Origin: a virus
Lineage: Duplodnaviria > Caudoviricetes
Virus record (IMG/VR): IMGVR_UViG_3300047491_000255
Span: 32,001-96,000 of that record
Strand: one strand, 5' to 3'
DNA: 64,000 nt
Part shown: positions 1 to 10,580 of the stretch, piece by piece
How the letters are laid out: the number at the start of each line of letters is the position of its first letter
Numbering within the stretch: position 1 is the first letter of the stretch
Made by a program: the position numbers and the translations under genes
Notes under the pieces: model-generated
The model's database searches: none
What the model was told of the DNA's origin: nothing
Seen by the model: only the letters and a program-made list of their open reading frames with translations

Positions 1-1555
1 ACCCGTTTGATCCATCCTTGTCTATAGTTACCGTAACACTCTTGATGAACTTCTTCCAATCAGTTGCTCCTGACTCACCAGGACTACCTCCAGTCCAAGT
101 TATATCGAAATGGCCATTGCCATTCTTGATGCTATATGACCTAGTTTCTTTTGATTCAAGAATATATGCAAACAACTCTCCAGAATAACGCTTATGAGTT
201 TGAGAATCTGTTGACATCGTCCATGGAATATAGAAATACGACATATCGTCCAACGTTCCAGCATGTCCAGAGTTGACAGGGGATGGAAGTGCAATAGCCC
301 AATCACTATCATCGTTCTTCGTATAAATCGTATAAACATGATAGTCGTATGTAATCTCTGTTGTATCCGTTCCAAGTAACAACCAACCATCTAACGCCAT
401 AGACTTGATAAAGAATCTCGGTAAGTATGCGATCTCGAACCTACAATTCTTGGCAACAACGTTCATTGTTGTTCCAAAATCAACAACGGTAGCTCCACCA
501 TCCGTCTTGACTTCCACATCCTTCGGACTTGTTGGGTCGAACCATGTCGAATAAGGAGATACTTGAATCGATGCAGACTTGATCTTACGACAAAATGTTC
601 CAGCCGATCTTACCGTATTAGGGCTATCCTGCTGTCCACTTGAGACAATGATCCCGTTCCAGCACGGATACACATTGATGAGAAGAGGAGGCTTGTCCGT
701 AATGTGAGCCATTTGAGGAGGACCTTCCTTTGCCGCTCCTTCGGCCAGATTGACTAAGGTATCATTCCCATCCCCATCTCCTGCAATATGAACATTCATA
801 GTGCTTGCATTGGTGATCGTCATTGTTACTTGACCAAATGTGATAACCAAACTCCATTGATTCTGGTTGATACCATCTGTTCCATTTGACTGTGCCTTTC
901 CAGGAGTAGTTCCAAGAATATTCAACATCAGTGAAAATGCCCCACCAACCACCAACTGAGAGCTATCCCAATCTCCCGTAACTGGATTATCAGGAGACTT
1001 TAATGACAACTCCATCGTATTATCGCCACGACTATCATCCTTGGCCTTGATAAATACATATTGAGAGCCAAAGTGTGATCCGACTTGACCATACTTATAC
1101 CATTCCGTAGATGCGGCTCCAATTACAGTCGAATTAAGTTTGTCCAGAACCCAATTCAATCCATCATACCATGCAGACGTAACATCATTCCACGTCATTG
1201 CCTCAAACACACCCTTTGGGGATTTCACCCCGTTATCCACTAAAAGTGTTGATGGTCCTATGAGTTTGGGCATAGCAGAATTATTTGGAGTAATAAGCCC
1301 AGAAGGTGCTGCCTTCATACTTTTCCAACTGTCTGTTGTAACGAAAGCTGGCTTAGCGATTTCATCTTCCACACGACTCCATATATAAAATTCTTGCCCC
1401 ATATCAGATGGATCAAAATTATCCGAACTTTGATTTTCGTTATACAAGAAGAAATCGATACTATCGAACGACTTCATCGTATACGTCTTTCGGACGGTAG
1501 ATGGGTCAGAAGGCTCATTAATTGAATTTGTAAATGTAACTACTGGATTACTCAT
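1..1555 (-). CDS. Putative tail/baseplate-region structural protein, truncated at window edge
   Basis: ATG at 1555 just after the tape measure stop; frame (MSNPVVTFTNSINEP...) stays open to the left edge; function from position only. Confidence 0.6.
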   Translation of the reverse strand, partial: MSNPVVTFTNSINEPSDPSTVRKTYTMKSFDSIDFFLYNENQSSDNFDPSDMGQEFYIWSRVEDEIAKPAFVTTDSWKSMKAAPSGLITPNNSAMPKLIGPSTLLVDNGVKSPKGVFEAMTWNDVTSAWYDGLNWVLDKLNSTVIGAASTEWYKYGQVGSHFGSQYVFIKAKDDSRGDNTMELSLKSPDNPVTGDWDSSQLVVGGAFSLMLNILGTTPGKAQSNGTDGINQNQWSLVITFGQVTMTITNASTMNVHIAGDGDGNDTLVNLAEGAAKEGPPQMAHITDKPPLLINVYPCWNGIIVSSGQQDSPNTVRSAGTFCRKIKSASIQVSPYSTWFDPTSPKDVEVKTDGGATVVDFGTTMNVVAKNCRFEIAYLPRFFIKSMALDGWLLLGTDTTEITYDYHVYTIYTKNDDSDWAIALPSPVNSGHAGTLDDMSYFYIPWTMSTDSQTHKRYSGELFAYILESKETRSYSIKNGNGHFDITWTGGSPGESGATDWKKFIKSVTVTIDKDGSNG

Positions 1556-1558
1556 TTA

Positions 1559-4500
1559 TCAATTCCCATATACAGTGCTACGAATTACTCTAGAGCCATC
1601 GGGCTCTCCCATAATCCTCACAACGACAGGTGCCATGACTTCACGAAATGCCTTATTGTCGAACTTGACCAGCATCTCTCCCTTGATCTCCATCCCGCCT
1701 GATCCAGACCCTTCTTTTGGCGCAGTCCCTGCGCCAGCCACACTCATAGCTCGTTCGACGGACTGTGGGACCACGGCTGCTCTAGCTGCATTATTTGCCA
1801 GTTCCGAATTCCTCGACGAAGTTGACAAACCGACACTCGACACACTTCTTCCCTTCGACCCACCGCCTTGTGTCTGGATACCACCAGTAGCCTTGCGTGT
1901 TCGAAGGGGAACCAAGCTAGACGCCTTTGTTCCACGCAGACGGAATCCACCAGTATCCAAGCCTCCCGTCTTCCATCCTCTCATCTCCCTGATTCCCGTC
2001 TTCAATCCTCCCATCTCCCTGATTCCCGTCTTCAATCCTCCCATCTCCCTGATTCCCGTCTTCAATCCTGCCATCTTACTGATATTGTAATTTCCTGACA
2101 GTCCTTTGAATTTAGATGCCGCACTACCAGTAGCCTGATTCAAACCTTTTGCCACACTAGTCTGATTATTCACCGTCTTAGCTGTGGCAGCACTACCCCC
2201 TGTTTTGACAGCACTACCCCCTGTTGCTGCTGTGGCAGCACTACCCCCTGTTTTGACAGCACTACCCCCTGTTGCTGCTGTGGCGGCACGACCCCCTGTT
2301 GCTGTGACAGCTCCACCGGCGCCTGTTGCTGTGGCAGCACGACCGCCCCCTGTTCCTCCTAAGGGTCTACCAGTAACAGCGGCAAGGATGCCCGCCGTAT
2401 TAGCCTCTGTGCCAGACATGGCGTTAGCCAAGACATCCTGTTGCTCTCTCGTAGGACCCTTGCTAAGAGCCTTGGCTACCTCAGCCATCGGACCACCCTG
2501 TTTAGCCAACTCATCCAGAGGTCCACCTGTGCCAACTCCTTCTCCCCATACACCACCTGTGAAACCACCAGTCATCCTCTTTGCCTGACGTTCAGCTATG
2601 GTTCCAGGCTTACCACCCGGAACGTCATTGACATAGATACCAGCAGCCGACTTCATGCGAGTTGCCTTGACACCCATGATGCCCACATCGGAGCCCATGC
2701 CTCTTCTTGCTCCGAAGTTGGCATTCAACTCACCAAAGACTCTTCCCAATAACCGATCCATGATGTCCTTCTGGACACCCAGTTCTTTACGACGCAACGA
2801 TAGGGTCTTGGTTGCCACGTCGGCATTTGCCTTCATCAATGCCATTCCAGCCGCAGCCTGCCTTTCAGCATCACCGGCAGCAGCTTCATATGTCTCCTGA
2901 ACCCGATCTCTGAATTGCTTAGCAATATCAAGTTGTTGCTGAGCCAATCCTACATTCATCTGTTGCAGAGCATGGATTGATGCAAACGATCCACCGAATT
3001 CAGAAGCGAATGAAGCGGCATCATCAACCAATCCCTGTTGAATATCAACCTCGGATGATCTAAGATCAGCAGACCTCTTTGCACCCTCAACAACTTCCTT
3101 CATTCGATTGAGTTCTACTGTGGCTAAATCCAATTGATACTTAGATAGTGTCGCTGCTTCTAAATCAGCCTTCTTTTTCTCCTTCAATGCCTGTTTTTCT
3201 TCTTCTGATTTACCAGCAACGTCTTCACTCCCCATGTATCTAGACAATTTCTCGATATTTTTCTCTCTATCTGCTTCTAGACCTTCAGATATTGCTTGCC
3301 TTTCTAATGCATATCTTTCCTCTGCTGTGGCCTTGACTATTTCAAAACTCTTTGTTGCCGCTTCTGACACATCTCCATAATACTCCGCCGTATTTGCCAA
3401 TACAGCAGCATAGTCTTCAAAATTTTTCAAACGAATTCCAGTCAAAGATGCATTAAACGAATCAAGAGCATTTTTAATCCCATCTCCTGCCTTACCGAGC
3501 GACTCCTCCAATTCTAGTGCTGACTGTCTAGCCTCAATAGCCAACCTTTTCTGATTCGAAATTTGAGACCGAGCGTCATTTTCTCGTGCTCTGGCGACAT
3601 CCAGAGCACCCTGTTTTGAAAGCCTATCTTCTTGACTCGCATTAGCAGGAAGCGCATTTAATTCTTCCTGTGCTTTTTTACGGGTTCTCACTAAATCTGG
3701 CAGAGATGCCTCTAATGCCTTACTTCCATCTTCGAATGATTTCGCCAACTCCTCATAATGTGAGACCCCCTCCCTGACCAGAGCCACCTGTGCTTTAACA
3801 GCATCACTTTGAGCCTTGATTCCATCCCCAACTAAACCTTCCTCCTTGGCAATCCGACCATACTGATCTGCATTTCTTTGAGCGTTCCTCATCTCCTCAT
3901 CAAGAACGGTTAGTTTTGAATTCTGAAACTCTATTTCTTCTCGGGTCAAATCATTGATACGTTTAACGGAATTATTTATCGTCTCCTGCGCCGCATTGAT
4001 TCCATTCTCAGAAGAAACAACGGCTTCTAATTGAGCTCTTTCCTTCTGAAGTAAATCCTTCTGCTCTTTTAACACATCTAATTGCCCCATAGCCTCAGTA
4101 TTCTTTTTTACTCCATCTTCATATTTACTCCAAAAATCAGCATGCCGGAGAAGTTCCTCATTCATATCTTCCAATGAGACTTCTGAGTCCGTCATAATAT
4201 TGACCATCCTGGCAATTTCCTTCTGAGTTAGAGTTTTATCCATACTACTAATTTTAGCAGACAAGCTTTTCCTCAATTCATCCATCTGTTCATTAATTTC
4301 ATCCACTTCACCTTGAGCGGCTTCCAATTCTTTTTTTGCAGGATCAATCTTTAGACCTTTTCCATCTTTAACCGCATCACGCTCATTATCTTTAGCAACC
4401 TTCAACCTATTCAACGCATTCTTTCGAGCTTCATCAAGTTCCTTTGCCATTAATGCTGTATTCACTCCCATATTATCAGTAACGGTTTTTTGAGCTGCTT

Positions 4501-7500
4501 CTATAGCACTCGATGTTGTCTCCAGATCTGTCTTATTTTCATCAAGAGCAGACTTGCTTTCTTTCGTATCCCTCTGGCTTCGAAAAAGCCTTCCTCCAAT
4601 TTTAACCTTCAGCATCCGCCTTTCACGAAGACGATCATACTCATTCTTAGCCTTTATCTCGGCAAGCTCAGCTTCTTTTTTTTGAGCCCCACTCACAAAT
4701 CCACCAGATGCCTCATATTGTTTTTGTACATATTCCCTTTCGTTTCTTGCTGACCTTAGATTGTCTTCAGCCGTCTTTTCCTCTTCAGAAGGATTGTTTC
4801 TCAAACCTTTTGCAGCCTCTACTGTTCTGGAAATATCGTCTTCAGCCTGCTTCTTTTTCTCTTTTAACACCTCAAACATAGCGGCAATATCTACAACAGA
4901 GCTGGTTGCAGCTTCGATGACACCCTTAGATTGATTTCGTCTCTCTTTTTCCTGTTCTTTCTGAAGTTTTTTCATTTCCTCTCCAGACATACCTCCCATA
5001 TCGGCAAAATCCAACATCTTCCCGGCCATCTCCTTTTTCAATCCAGCCTGAATGATCCCCGGCGTATTAAACAAAGCCTCAACAGCCTGATTCAGCCCAT
5101 CAACGAGATTCTTGGTAGCCGTCAACTCATATTTATTCAATCTCTGTAAGGCTGCGGCTCTTGCATCTGCGTCGAGCTTTCCATTCGACATGATCTCATC
5201 ACGCTGCTTTTTAAAATCTACAAGTTGCATCTCATATTGTTTACGAGTCGCATCCCTCATCCCCTGAACAGCGGAATTGAATCCTTCTGCAGTTCCGCCG
5301 ATGTCCTTAAGATTTCCAATCTTCAAACCAGCCAATTCCTTCTGCATTTCATAGAACTTGTTTTTATCACTGTTTGCCGCAGCTTCAATTTTCTTGAATG
5401 TCCGTTGCAATTCCAATCCAGACTTCATCAACTTCTTATTTGATTGTTGATGTGCTGAAATATTTTCATTTGTATCTCTGGCTATCGCCTCGCCCCATGG
5501 CGTCCTTGGACCCTTAGTAAAACGTTCTATAAGCGTAGGAACAGATTCGCTAAGATTATCAAATTCGAGAGCTAATCCAATCAGAGCCCCAGCTACGGCA
5601 CCAATCGGAGCTAATACACCCCCAAATGCCGCACCAATCATAAATCCTGTTGCTGCAAACCCTGCGATTGATGCGGCACTCTTGCCAATACTGGCTCCGG
5701 CTGCTCCGAAAGAATTTCCAGTCTTATTCAGTTGATCTTCAAGTTTCCCGAAACCATATTCCGCCGCAAGTGTCGCGATAGAGACGACACTGAGTCCCTT
5801 CGCGAGTTTCAACAATGGTTTGGACATTTTGACAAGTGGACCAAACATGTTTTTCCAAAATCCACCTCCGCCCGGCAATCGTGGTAGCTTACCACCTCCT
5901 CCAAGTCCTCCGGATGCCGCAATGGCTGTAACTAGTACCTTCGTTGCTTCCCACCGAGTCGTAACATTGGATACCGTCGCAGCCCGAGTGAGGAAAGCAA
6001 GTGCAGTAAACGCCGAAAATGTAGCTGCTGCTACTGCAACAACTTGTGTGAGCCCAGACACAATCTCCGATAAATACTGTCCGAAAGTCGGAAACAACTT
6101 GTTCAGTAGGAAATCGTTAATTTCTTCTGTCACACGTGCCGTCTTGGCCGCTGCATTCGCCATATCAGCACCAGGCTTCTTCTCCTTCTGACCACCCAGA
6201 AGTCCAGCCCCCTGAAGGTCCATGACCACTTCCATCTTGCCTGCTTCAGCCAATGCAAAAATGGCCGCTGCTTGATCGTCCATGTTTGCCGTCACTTTGA
6301 GATCAGACTCAATCGTTGGTATAGACTCCAATAGATCAATATACTGCTTAAGTCTTTCCGTCTGTGTTCCACCAAAAGTGTCTGACAAAGCCTTGGCAAC
6401 TTCCATGATCTTGTCTTGAGTCATACCAAGCTCATTGGCACCCTTCTTGACAACTTCAAAAAATCCCGCTGCTTCCGCTCTTGTCAGATCAAGTTGCTTA
6501 CGCATCTGATCCAACCCACCTTTGCTTATCCCAATGATCGTACGTTCAAGAGCTGCCGTCTCTGTCTTATACTTAGCCAATCCAACAGCCGCATCTGCAA
6601 ACTTTCTAGCTAAATCACCTACCTTAGTTGTTAGATAAGCTACAGCCAAACCAGCAGCAGTCATCCCTGTTGCACTCTTACCGGCACCACCGGCAAAATC
6701 TTCCAATTCTTTGACTGCACCACCGGCTATATCCTTTTTGAATAAATCCTTGAATGACTTGACAGTCATCTCGCCCTTTTCCCGAAGTTGATTCAACGGG
6801 GAATACAATTCCTCAACAGCTTCCCCAGCTTTATCCATTGCGAGAACGACTTCTTGTCCTAATTCTTGATTGTTAGAAATGAGTTTTTCAACAGCCTTAT
6901 CCAGTCCCATTATCTTTTTATCTAACAGGAATGCAGCCTCAGCAGCATCATCCATTCCTTTTACGAATTCAGAAACTTGTCGATACTTGGCAGACTCTGC
7001 CGCCTTTCCAATCTCCTGGTTTTTCTTTTTAGCAGTCTGAATTTCATCCGATCCTGGATTGCTATACGAAGACTTTTTTTCTAATTCTCTTTCTAGGGCA
7101 TACCTCTGTTGTTGTAATGCCTGCTGTTTATCCGCAGCCGCCTTAGCCGCCTTAGCCGCCTTTTGAGTTACTCCAGCAGATGCCGGTGCCACACTTGGTG
7201 AAGGCTGACTTGCCGCACCTGCTGAAACAGTTGATATCTTAACCTTCACATTCTTTGACAATGCCTTGAGCCTCTTCTCAATATCATCCAATGCCGAAAG
7301 ACTTCCAACTACCATTTCAACTGGAATAGAGGCAGACTTGATACCCTTTAACTTTTTCTCCAACCCTCCGATGCTTGAAATAAATCCGGCAACGCTTTTC
7401 TCTGTTCTTGATAAGTCAGAAGTGAAGGAAGACGCCTCAGATGATAATGCCTTGAATCCGCCAGCGGCAGCACCAGCCCCTACACCGATGGACCCCAAGG

Positions 7501-7774
7501 ACGATGCCACTGTCTTTGAGATCGCACCCACAGCCTTCAAGCCCCTTACCGCCGTATTTCCTGAACGCCCAAATGACAGCATCGACTTCGACGATGCTGT
7601 CATAGCCGTTGCGAACTTGTCCTGAATCTTGACGGCATATTCCTGCCGCTTAGTCAGGCTCTCAAATGCCTTATCGGCGTCTTCGGCTTTCTCGATCAGT
7701 CCATCGAGATTCTTCCGAATATCCTCAGCACTTGATCCGAATTTATCGGCAAGGTCTTCTGTGTTAAAGGGCAT
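1559..7774 (-). CDS. Tail tape measure protein
   Basis: 2071 aa, Ala/Lys/Glu-rich coiled-coil character, hydrophobic Gly/Ala segments mid-protein, GGAGG RBS, follows tail tube/chaperone-like genes. Confidence 0.88.
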   Translation of the reverse strand: MPFNTEDLADKFGSSAEDIRKNLDGLIEKAEDADKAFESLTKRQEYAVKIQDKFATAMTASSKSMLSFGRSGNTAVRGLKAVGAISKTVASSLGSIGVGAGAAAGGFKALSSEASSFTSDLSRTEKSVAGFISSIGGLEKKLKGIKSASIPVEMVVGSLSALDDIEKRLKALSKNVKVKISTVSAGAASQPSPSVAPASAGVTQKAAKAAKAAADKQQALQQQRYALERELEKKSSYSNPGSDEIQTAKKKNQEIGKAAESAKYRQVSEFVKGMDDAAEAAFLLDKKIMGLDKAVEKLISNNQELGQEVVLAMDKAGEAVEELYSPLNQLREKGEMTVKSFKDLFKKDIAGGAVKELEDFAGGAGKSATGMTAAGLAVAYLTTKVGDLARKFADAAVGLAKYKTETAALERTIIGISKGGLDQMRKQLDLTRAEAAGFFEVVKKGANELGMTQDKIMEVAKALSDTFGGTQTERLKQYIDLLESIPTIESDLKVTANMDDQAAAIFALAEAGKMEVVMDLQGAGLLGGQKEKKPGADMANAAAKTARVTEEINDFLLNKLFPTFGQYLSEIVSGLTQVVAVAAATFSAFTALAFLTRAATVSNVTTRWEATKVLVTAIAASGGLGGGGKLPRLPGGGGFWKNMFGPLVKMSKPLLKLAKGLSVVSIATLAAEYGFGKLEDQLNKTGNSFGAAGASIGKSAASIAGFAATGFMIGAAFGGVLAPIGAVAGALIGLALEFDNLSESVPTLIERFTKGPRTPWGEAIARDTNENISAHQQSNKKLMKSGLELQRTFKKIEAAANSDKNKFYEMQKELAGLKIGNLKDIGGTAEGFNSAVQGMRDATRKQYEMQLVDFKKQRDEIMSNGKLDADARAAALQRLNKYELTATKNLVDGLNQAVEALFNTPGIIQAGLKKEMAGKMLDFADMGGMSGEEMKKLQKEQEKERRNQSKGVIEAATSSVVDIAAMFEVLKEKKKQAEDDISRTVEAAKGLRNNPSEEEKTAEDNLRSARNEREYVQKQYEASGGFVSGAQKKEAELAEIKAKNEYDRLRERRMLKVKIGGRLFRSQRDTKESKSALDENKTDLETTSSAIEAAQKTVTDNMGVNTALMAKELDEARKNALNRLKVAKDNERDAVKDGKGLKIDPAKKELEAAQGEVDEINEQMDELRKSLSAKISSMDKTLTQKEIARMVNIMTDSEVSLEDMNEELLRHADFWSKYEDGVKKNTEAMGQLDVLKEQKDLLQKERAQLEAVVSSENGINAAQETINNSVKRINDLTREEIEFQNSKLTVLDEEMRNAQRNADQYGRIAKEEGLVGDGIKAQSDAVKAQVALVREGVSHYEELAKSFEDGSKALEASLPDLVRTRKKAQEELNALPANASQEDRLSKQGALDVARARENDARSQISNQKRLAIEARQSALELEESLGKAGDGIKNALDSFNASLTGIRLKNFEDYAAVLANTAEYYGDVSEAATKSFEIVKATAEERYALERQAISEGLEADREKNIEKLSRYMGSEDVAGKSEEEKQALKEKKKADLEAATLSKYQLDLATVELNRMKEVVEGAKRSADLRSSEVDIQQGLVDDAASFASEFGGSFASIHALQQMNVGLAQQQLDIAKQFRDRVQETYEAAAGDAERQAAAGMALMKANADVATKTLSLRRKELGVQKDIMDRLLGRVFGELNANFGARRGMGSDVGIMGVKATRMKSAAGIYVNDVPGGKPGTIAERQAKRMTGGFTGGVWGEGVGTGGPLDELAKQGGPMAEVAKALSKGPTREQQDVLANAMSGTEANTAGILAAVTGRPLGGTGGGRAATATGAGGAVTATGGRAATAATGGSAVKTGGSAATAATGGSAVKTGGSAATAKTVNNQTSVAKGLNQATGSAASKFKGLSGNYNISKMAGLKTGIREMGGLKTGIREMGGLKTGIREMRGWKTGGLDTGGFRLRGTKASSLVPLRTRKATGGIQTQGGGSKGRSVSSVGLSTSSRNSELANNAARAAVVPQSVERAMSVAGAGTAPKEGSGSGGMEIKGEMLVKFDNKAFREVMAPVVVRIMGEPDGSRVIRSTVYGN
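1965..2345. repeat. Coding tandem repeats in tape measure C-terminus (30-bp and 51-bp units)
   Basis: GLKTGIREM x3 and TGGSAVKTGGSAATA x2 plus variants, visible in DNA and protein. Confidence 0.9.
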
Positions 7775-7791
7775 TGTTGCCTCCTACCAAC

Positions 7792-8430
7792 TTAGCTGAG
7801 AAGCACTTCCTTCTCAAAAATTGTCATTACGACATCCAAAAGCGTTGGCGATATTGCATAAACCATAGCCAGAGATTCTTCTGACAACGATCCATTTGGA
7901 TCAAGTATCAGATCAACCTTACTGCCATTCTCATCCGTCAGATTCCAATCTTTCAGATGCCATACCAACATGAAGTTCCGAAGCTGAAGTTTGTCAACGA
8001 TCACCTGTTGAGCTTCACGGCGATAAACAGAACTACGCTGCCTGTATGTGCTCATGTCCTCATAATTAGGCACCGAGAACTCGAATGTAAGTTCGGTATG
8101 GACCATGAACGGGAAGTCTTTTATGAAGTCAATTCCCAATCCAGTTTTTGACACGCTGAGAACCCGACCATCCTCCTTGCTCGTCAAAACATCCAGCTTG
8201 ATAATATGTCGAGCGGCCTTCTTGATGAAGAACGACGGCTTAGCAGCCGGCTTCTCCTTCACGACTTTTACCGTCTCGGCAGCAATCGCCTCTGGATTCT
8301 GAGCCAATTCCATTACCCCACTACGCTTCTCCTCATCCGGGTCTGCTCTGACGGCAATATTCTGAGTTTGTCCCTCAACTGGCTGAGTCTCAACTGCTTC
8401 ATTCTCAACTGCTGCTGCTTCTGTATTCAT
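7792..8430 (-). CDS. Tail assembly chaperone-like protein
   Basis: Directly upstream of the tape measure gene; acidic, LKDWNLTDENG motif resembling tail chaperones. Confidence 0.55.
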   Translation of the reverse strand: MNTEAAAVENEAVETQPVEGQTQNIAVRADPDEEKRSGVMELAQNPEAIAAETVKVVKEKPAAKPSFFIKKAARHIIKLDVLTSKEDGRVLSVSKTGLGIDFIKDFPFMVHTELTFEFSVPNYEDMSTYRQRSSVYRREAQQVIVDKLQLRNFMLVWHLKDWNLTDENGSKVDLILDPNGSLSEESLAMVYAISPTLLDVVMTIFEKEVLLS

Positions 8431-8454
8431 ATTTCCCTTTCTCCCAATCGTAAT

Positions 8455-9243
8455 TTACGGTGAAACCGCAATCACGAGAGAGTTTGAGTTTGTGTTTGAA
8501 CTTGTCTCGAACGTATAATTATACGTTCCGAGGTTTGTGAGTCCGCCATAGGCGAACCCCCTTCCCGTTGTCTCTCCTGTCAACGTGAAACTTTTTGTTG
8601 CGATATTAATCGTCGCTGGCGCAGTCAAAGCCTTGTATGATGTTACCGATAAAACATAATTCACCAATCCAACCTTGATGTAAGCTGGATCAACTAAATT
8701 CTCGTTCTTATAAATCAGTTGAGCCTCCTGATTCATAGTGAGACTCCAATTCACAATATCGTCTGATGTTCCTGTTCCGGAATACCAATACCCAAAAGGA
8801 ATCGCAGTATCCCTTATAAACGCATTTGTGACTGACTCAATAGCTTCTCCTGCCTTCGCAATAAATGACAATTGGGCATTCAATAATCCGTCTGCCGCAC
8901 CTGATATGATCAATGAAGTCAATTTACAACCCTTCATCTTCCAGTTCTGCTCTCCATCGTGAATACCCACATCAAATGAATAATATCGTTCTAATAGCCC
9001 CGCCGGAGTAACGAACAAACTCATGGTATCATCGTATATGTCAAATGCCAATGATCCTGTGTATTCCCTCGTTCCATCAGCATGTTTTACCCTCCCTGCC
9101 ATTGCAGAACTAGGTGGGGTTGAAATCATATTCAAGTATGAGATTGATGTGGCTTCTGAAAATGATCCAGATGTAATCAACACCTGATGACCATCAACAG
9201 TTGCCGATCCACCATAACCCAATCTTTTCTTTGTTGGAACCAT
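8455..9243 (-). CDS. Tail tube-like protein (paralog 3)
   Basis: Beta-rich, Ser/Thr/Gly-rich; N-terminal GYGG and a P.GYW...WSL motif shared with 10581 and 11529 ORFs. Confidence 0.55.
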   Translation of the reverse strand: MVPTKKRLGYGGSATVDGHQVLITSGSFSEATSISYLNMISTPPSSAMAGRVKHADGTREYTGSLAFDIYDDTMSLFVTPAGLLERYYSFDVGIHDGEQNWKMKGCKLTSLIISGAADGLLNAQLSFIAKAGEAIESVTNAFIRDTAIPFGYWYSGTGTSDDIVNWSLTMNQEAQLIYKNENLVDPAYIKVGLVNYVLSVTSYKALTAPATINIATKSFTLTGETTGRGFAYGGLTNLGTYNYTFETSSNTNSNSLVIAVSP

Positions 9244-9998
9244 TATGCACCACCCGATCCTGGAAGCGGTATCCTCACACTACGACTCGGTCTCGATCTT
9301 CCATTTTGTCCCACTGCTCCGCTATGACTCTTTGGCTGTTGAGCTCTCAAGGCATCGCTTTCCTTTGCGATCACAATCTTCAACAACAGGAACTCCTTGT
9401 AAGGCATCTTTGGCAGCGAATCCCTATTGATTCCAAACTTCTCAGAGAAGTTACCCAGAGTGCAGAAACGACTTATTGCCTCACAAGCGTCCGTTACTCC
9501 ATGTCCTGACTTAGAAAATAATATCGCACACTGTCTTGAAATCTTCTCTTCTTCTTCGTTAGACACTTCCATGGATTCCTCAAAACCACTTACAAAAGCC
9601 TCAAGAAGCGGTGCTGGAACACTGGATACACGAGAGTAACTATCCGATGTCATCCACCCTGATTGATCCCGCTCTATCGGAATGTCCAAGCTCCACGACA
9701 AGAGATTCTTTTTGACAATCAACCTCTTGAACTCATTAATATCAGACACTTGAGTTGTGATCTTCTTCCCACTTCCTAATTGCTCTCCTACTTCTACCTC
9801 GTATAAAGTCGCCTGATCGATGGCATAATTGTCGCCAAACGTCATTGTTGCAAAAATAGCAGTATGCTCTTCGTCTCCGTCCTTGTCCGGCAAACAGAAT
9901 CCAAAACGGCGTGAAGTCTTAACCCGAACCGTAACACGTTCAGGATCAAACAACTCCGCACATTTCTGGCGAGCAGCATTTTCAGCCGTTGAATTCAT
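9243..9998 (-). CDS. Tail assembly chaperone-like protein
   Basis: Shares RL.V...L.SW and GW/VMT.E/D motifs with 9982..10446; located among tail genes. Confidence 0.45.
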   Translation of the reverse strand: MNSTAENAARQKCAELFDPERVTVRVKTSRRFGFCLPDKDGDEEHTAIFATMTFGDNYAIDQATLYEVEVGEQLGSGKKITTQVSDINEFKRLIVKKNLLSWSLDIPIERDQSGWMTSDSYSRVSSVPAPLLEAFVSGFEESMEVSNEEEEKISRQCAILFSKSGHGVTDACEAISRFCTLGNFSEKFGINRDSLPKMPYKEFLLLKIVIAKESDALRAQQPKSHSGAVGQNGRSRPSRSVRIPLPGSGGA

Positions 9999-10446
9999 AA
10001 ACTTTGTTCATCTCATCAATGACGTAAGAACCGATATTCGGTTGAAGTCTGATAAAAGCATTCCATCCCTCATCCGTCATCACCCCGTTTACATGCTGAA
10101 TCTTCAACCTTGGATTGTCCTTGTCAAACGTCCATGACACCATGAGCCTCTGTATCTTCAATCTGTTCAACGCATCGTTGTCAATCATATGAATCCGCTT
10201 CTGAGAATCGTATGTCGTCGCCATCTTCCGCATCTCAATCATCTCTTCATAAGTCCACATGCGGAAAACAACATTGTTGGATTCAACGCCCTTGGCCGGA
10301 CCACTCATAATAATCCACCGGCCATCTCTCTCCTTGACATGAATCCACACGGTGAAAGTCGTATCATTAGTGATCTCAAACTTTCCCGGCTTCATCAGCC
10401 TCTCATCAACACGAGGCTCTTGCGATTTTGCTTGCACGATTGCCAT
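9982..10446 (-). CDS. Tail assembly chaperone-like protein
   Basis: RLKIQRLMVSWTF motif similar to neighbours; tail locus. Confidence 0.45.
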   Translation of the reverse strand: MAIVQAKSQEPRVDERLMKPGKFEITNDTTFTVWIHVKERDGRWIIMSGPAKGVESNNVVFRMWTYEEMIEMRKMATTYDSQKRIHMIDNDALNRLKIQRLMVSWTFDKDNPRLKIQHVNGVMTDEGWNAFIRLQPNIGSYVIDEMNKVYEFNG

Positions 10447-10580
10447 GATCTATCTCCTAGAAAACAAAGAAGAGCAGTACACAATAAGGCATCAATTTGA
10501 TGCCTGTGCATCTGCCCTCATCTGACATCGTAATTTCATCATAATACCGAGCTTCCACTCGTTAAAACCTAAGTTCCGCT

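Noticed and set aside
7792-10446. Programmed frameshift joining tail chaperone genes
   Set aside because: No clear slippery heptamer at a suitable position was identified by eye
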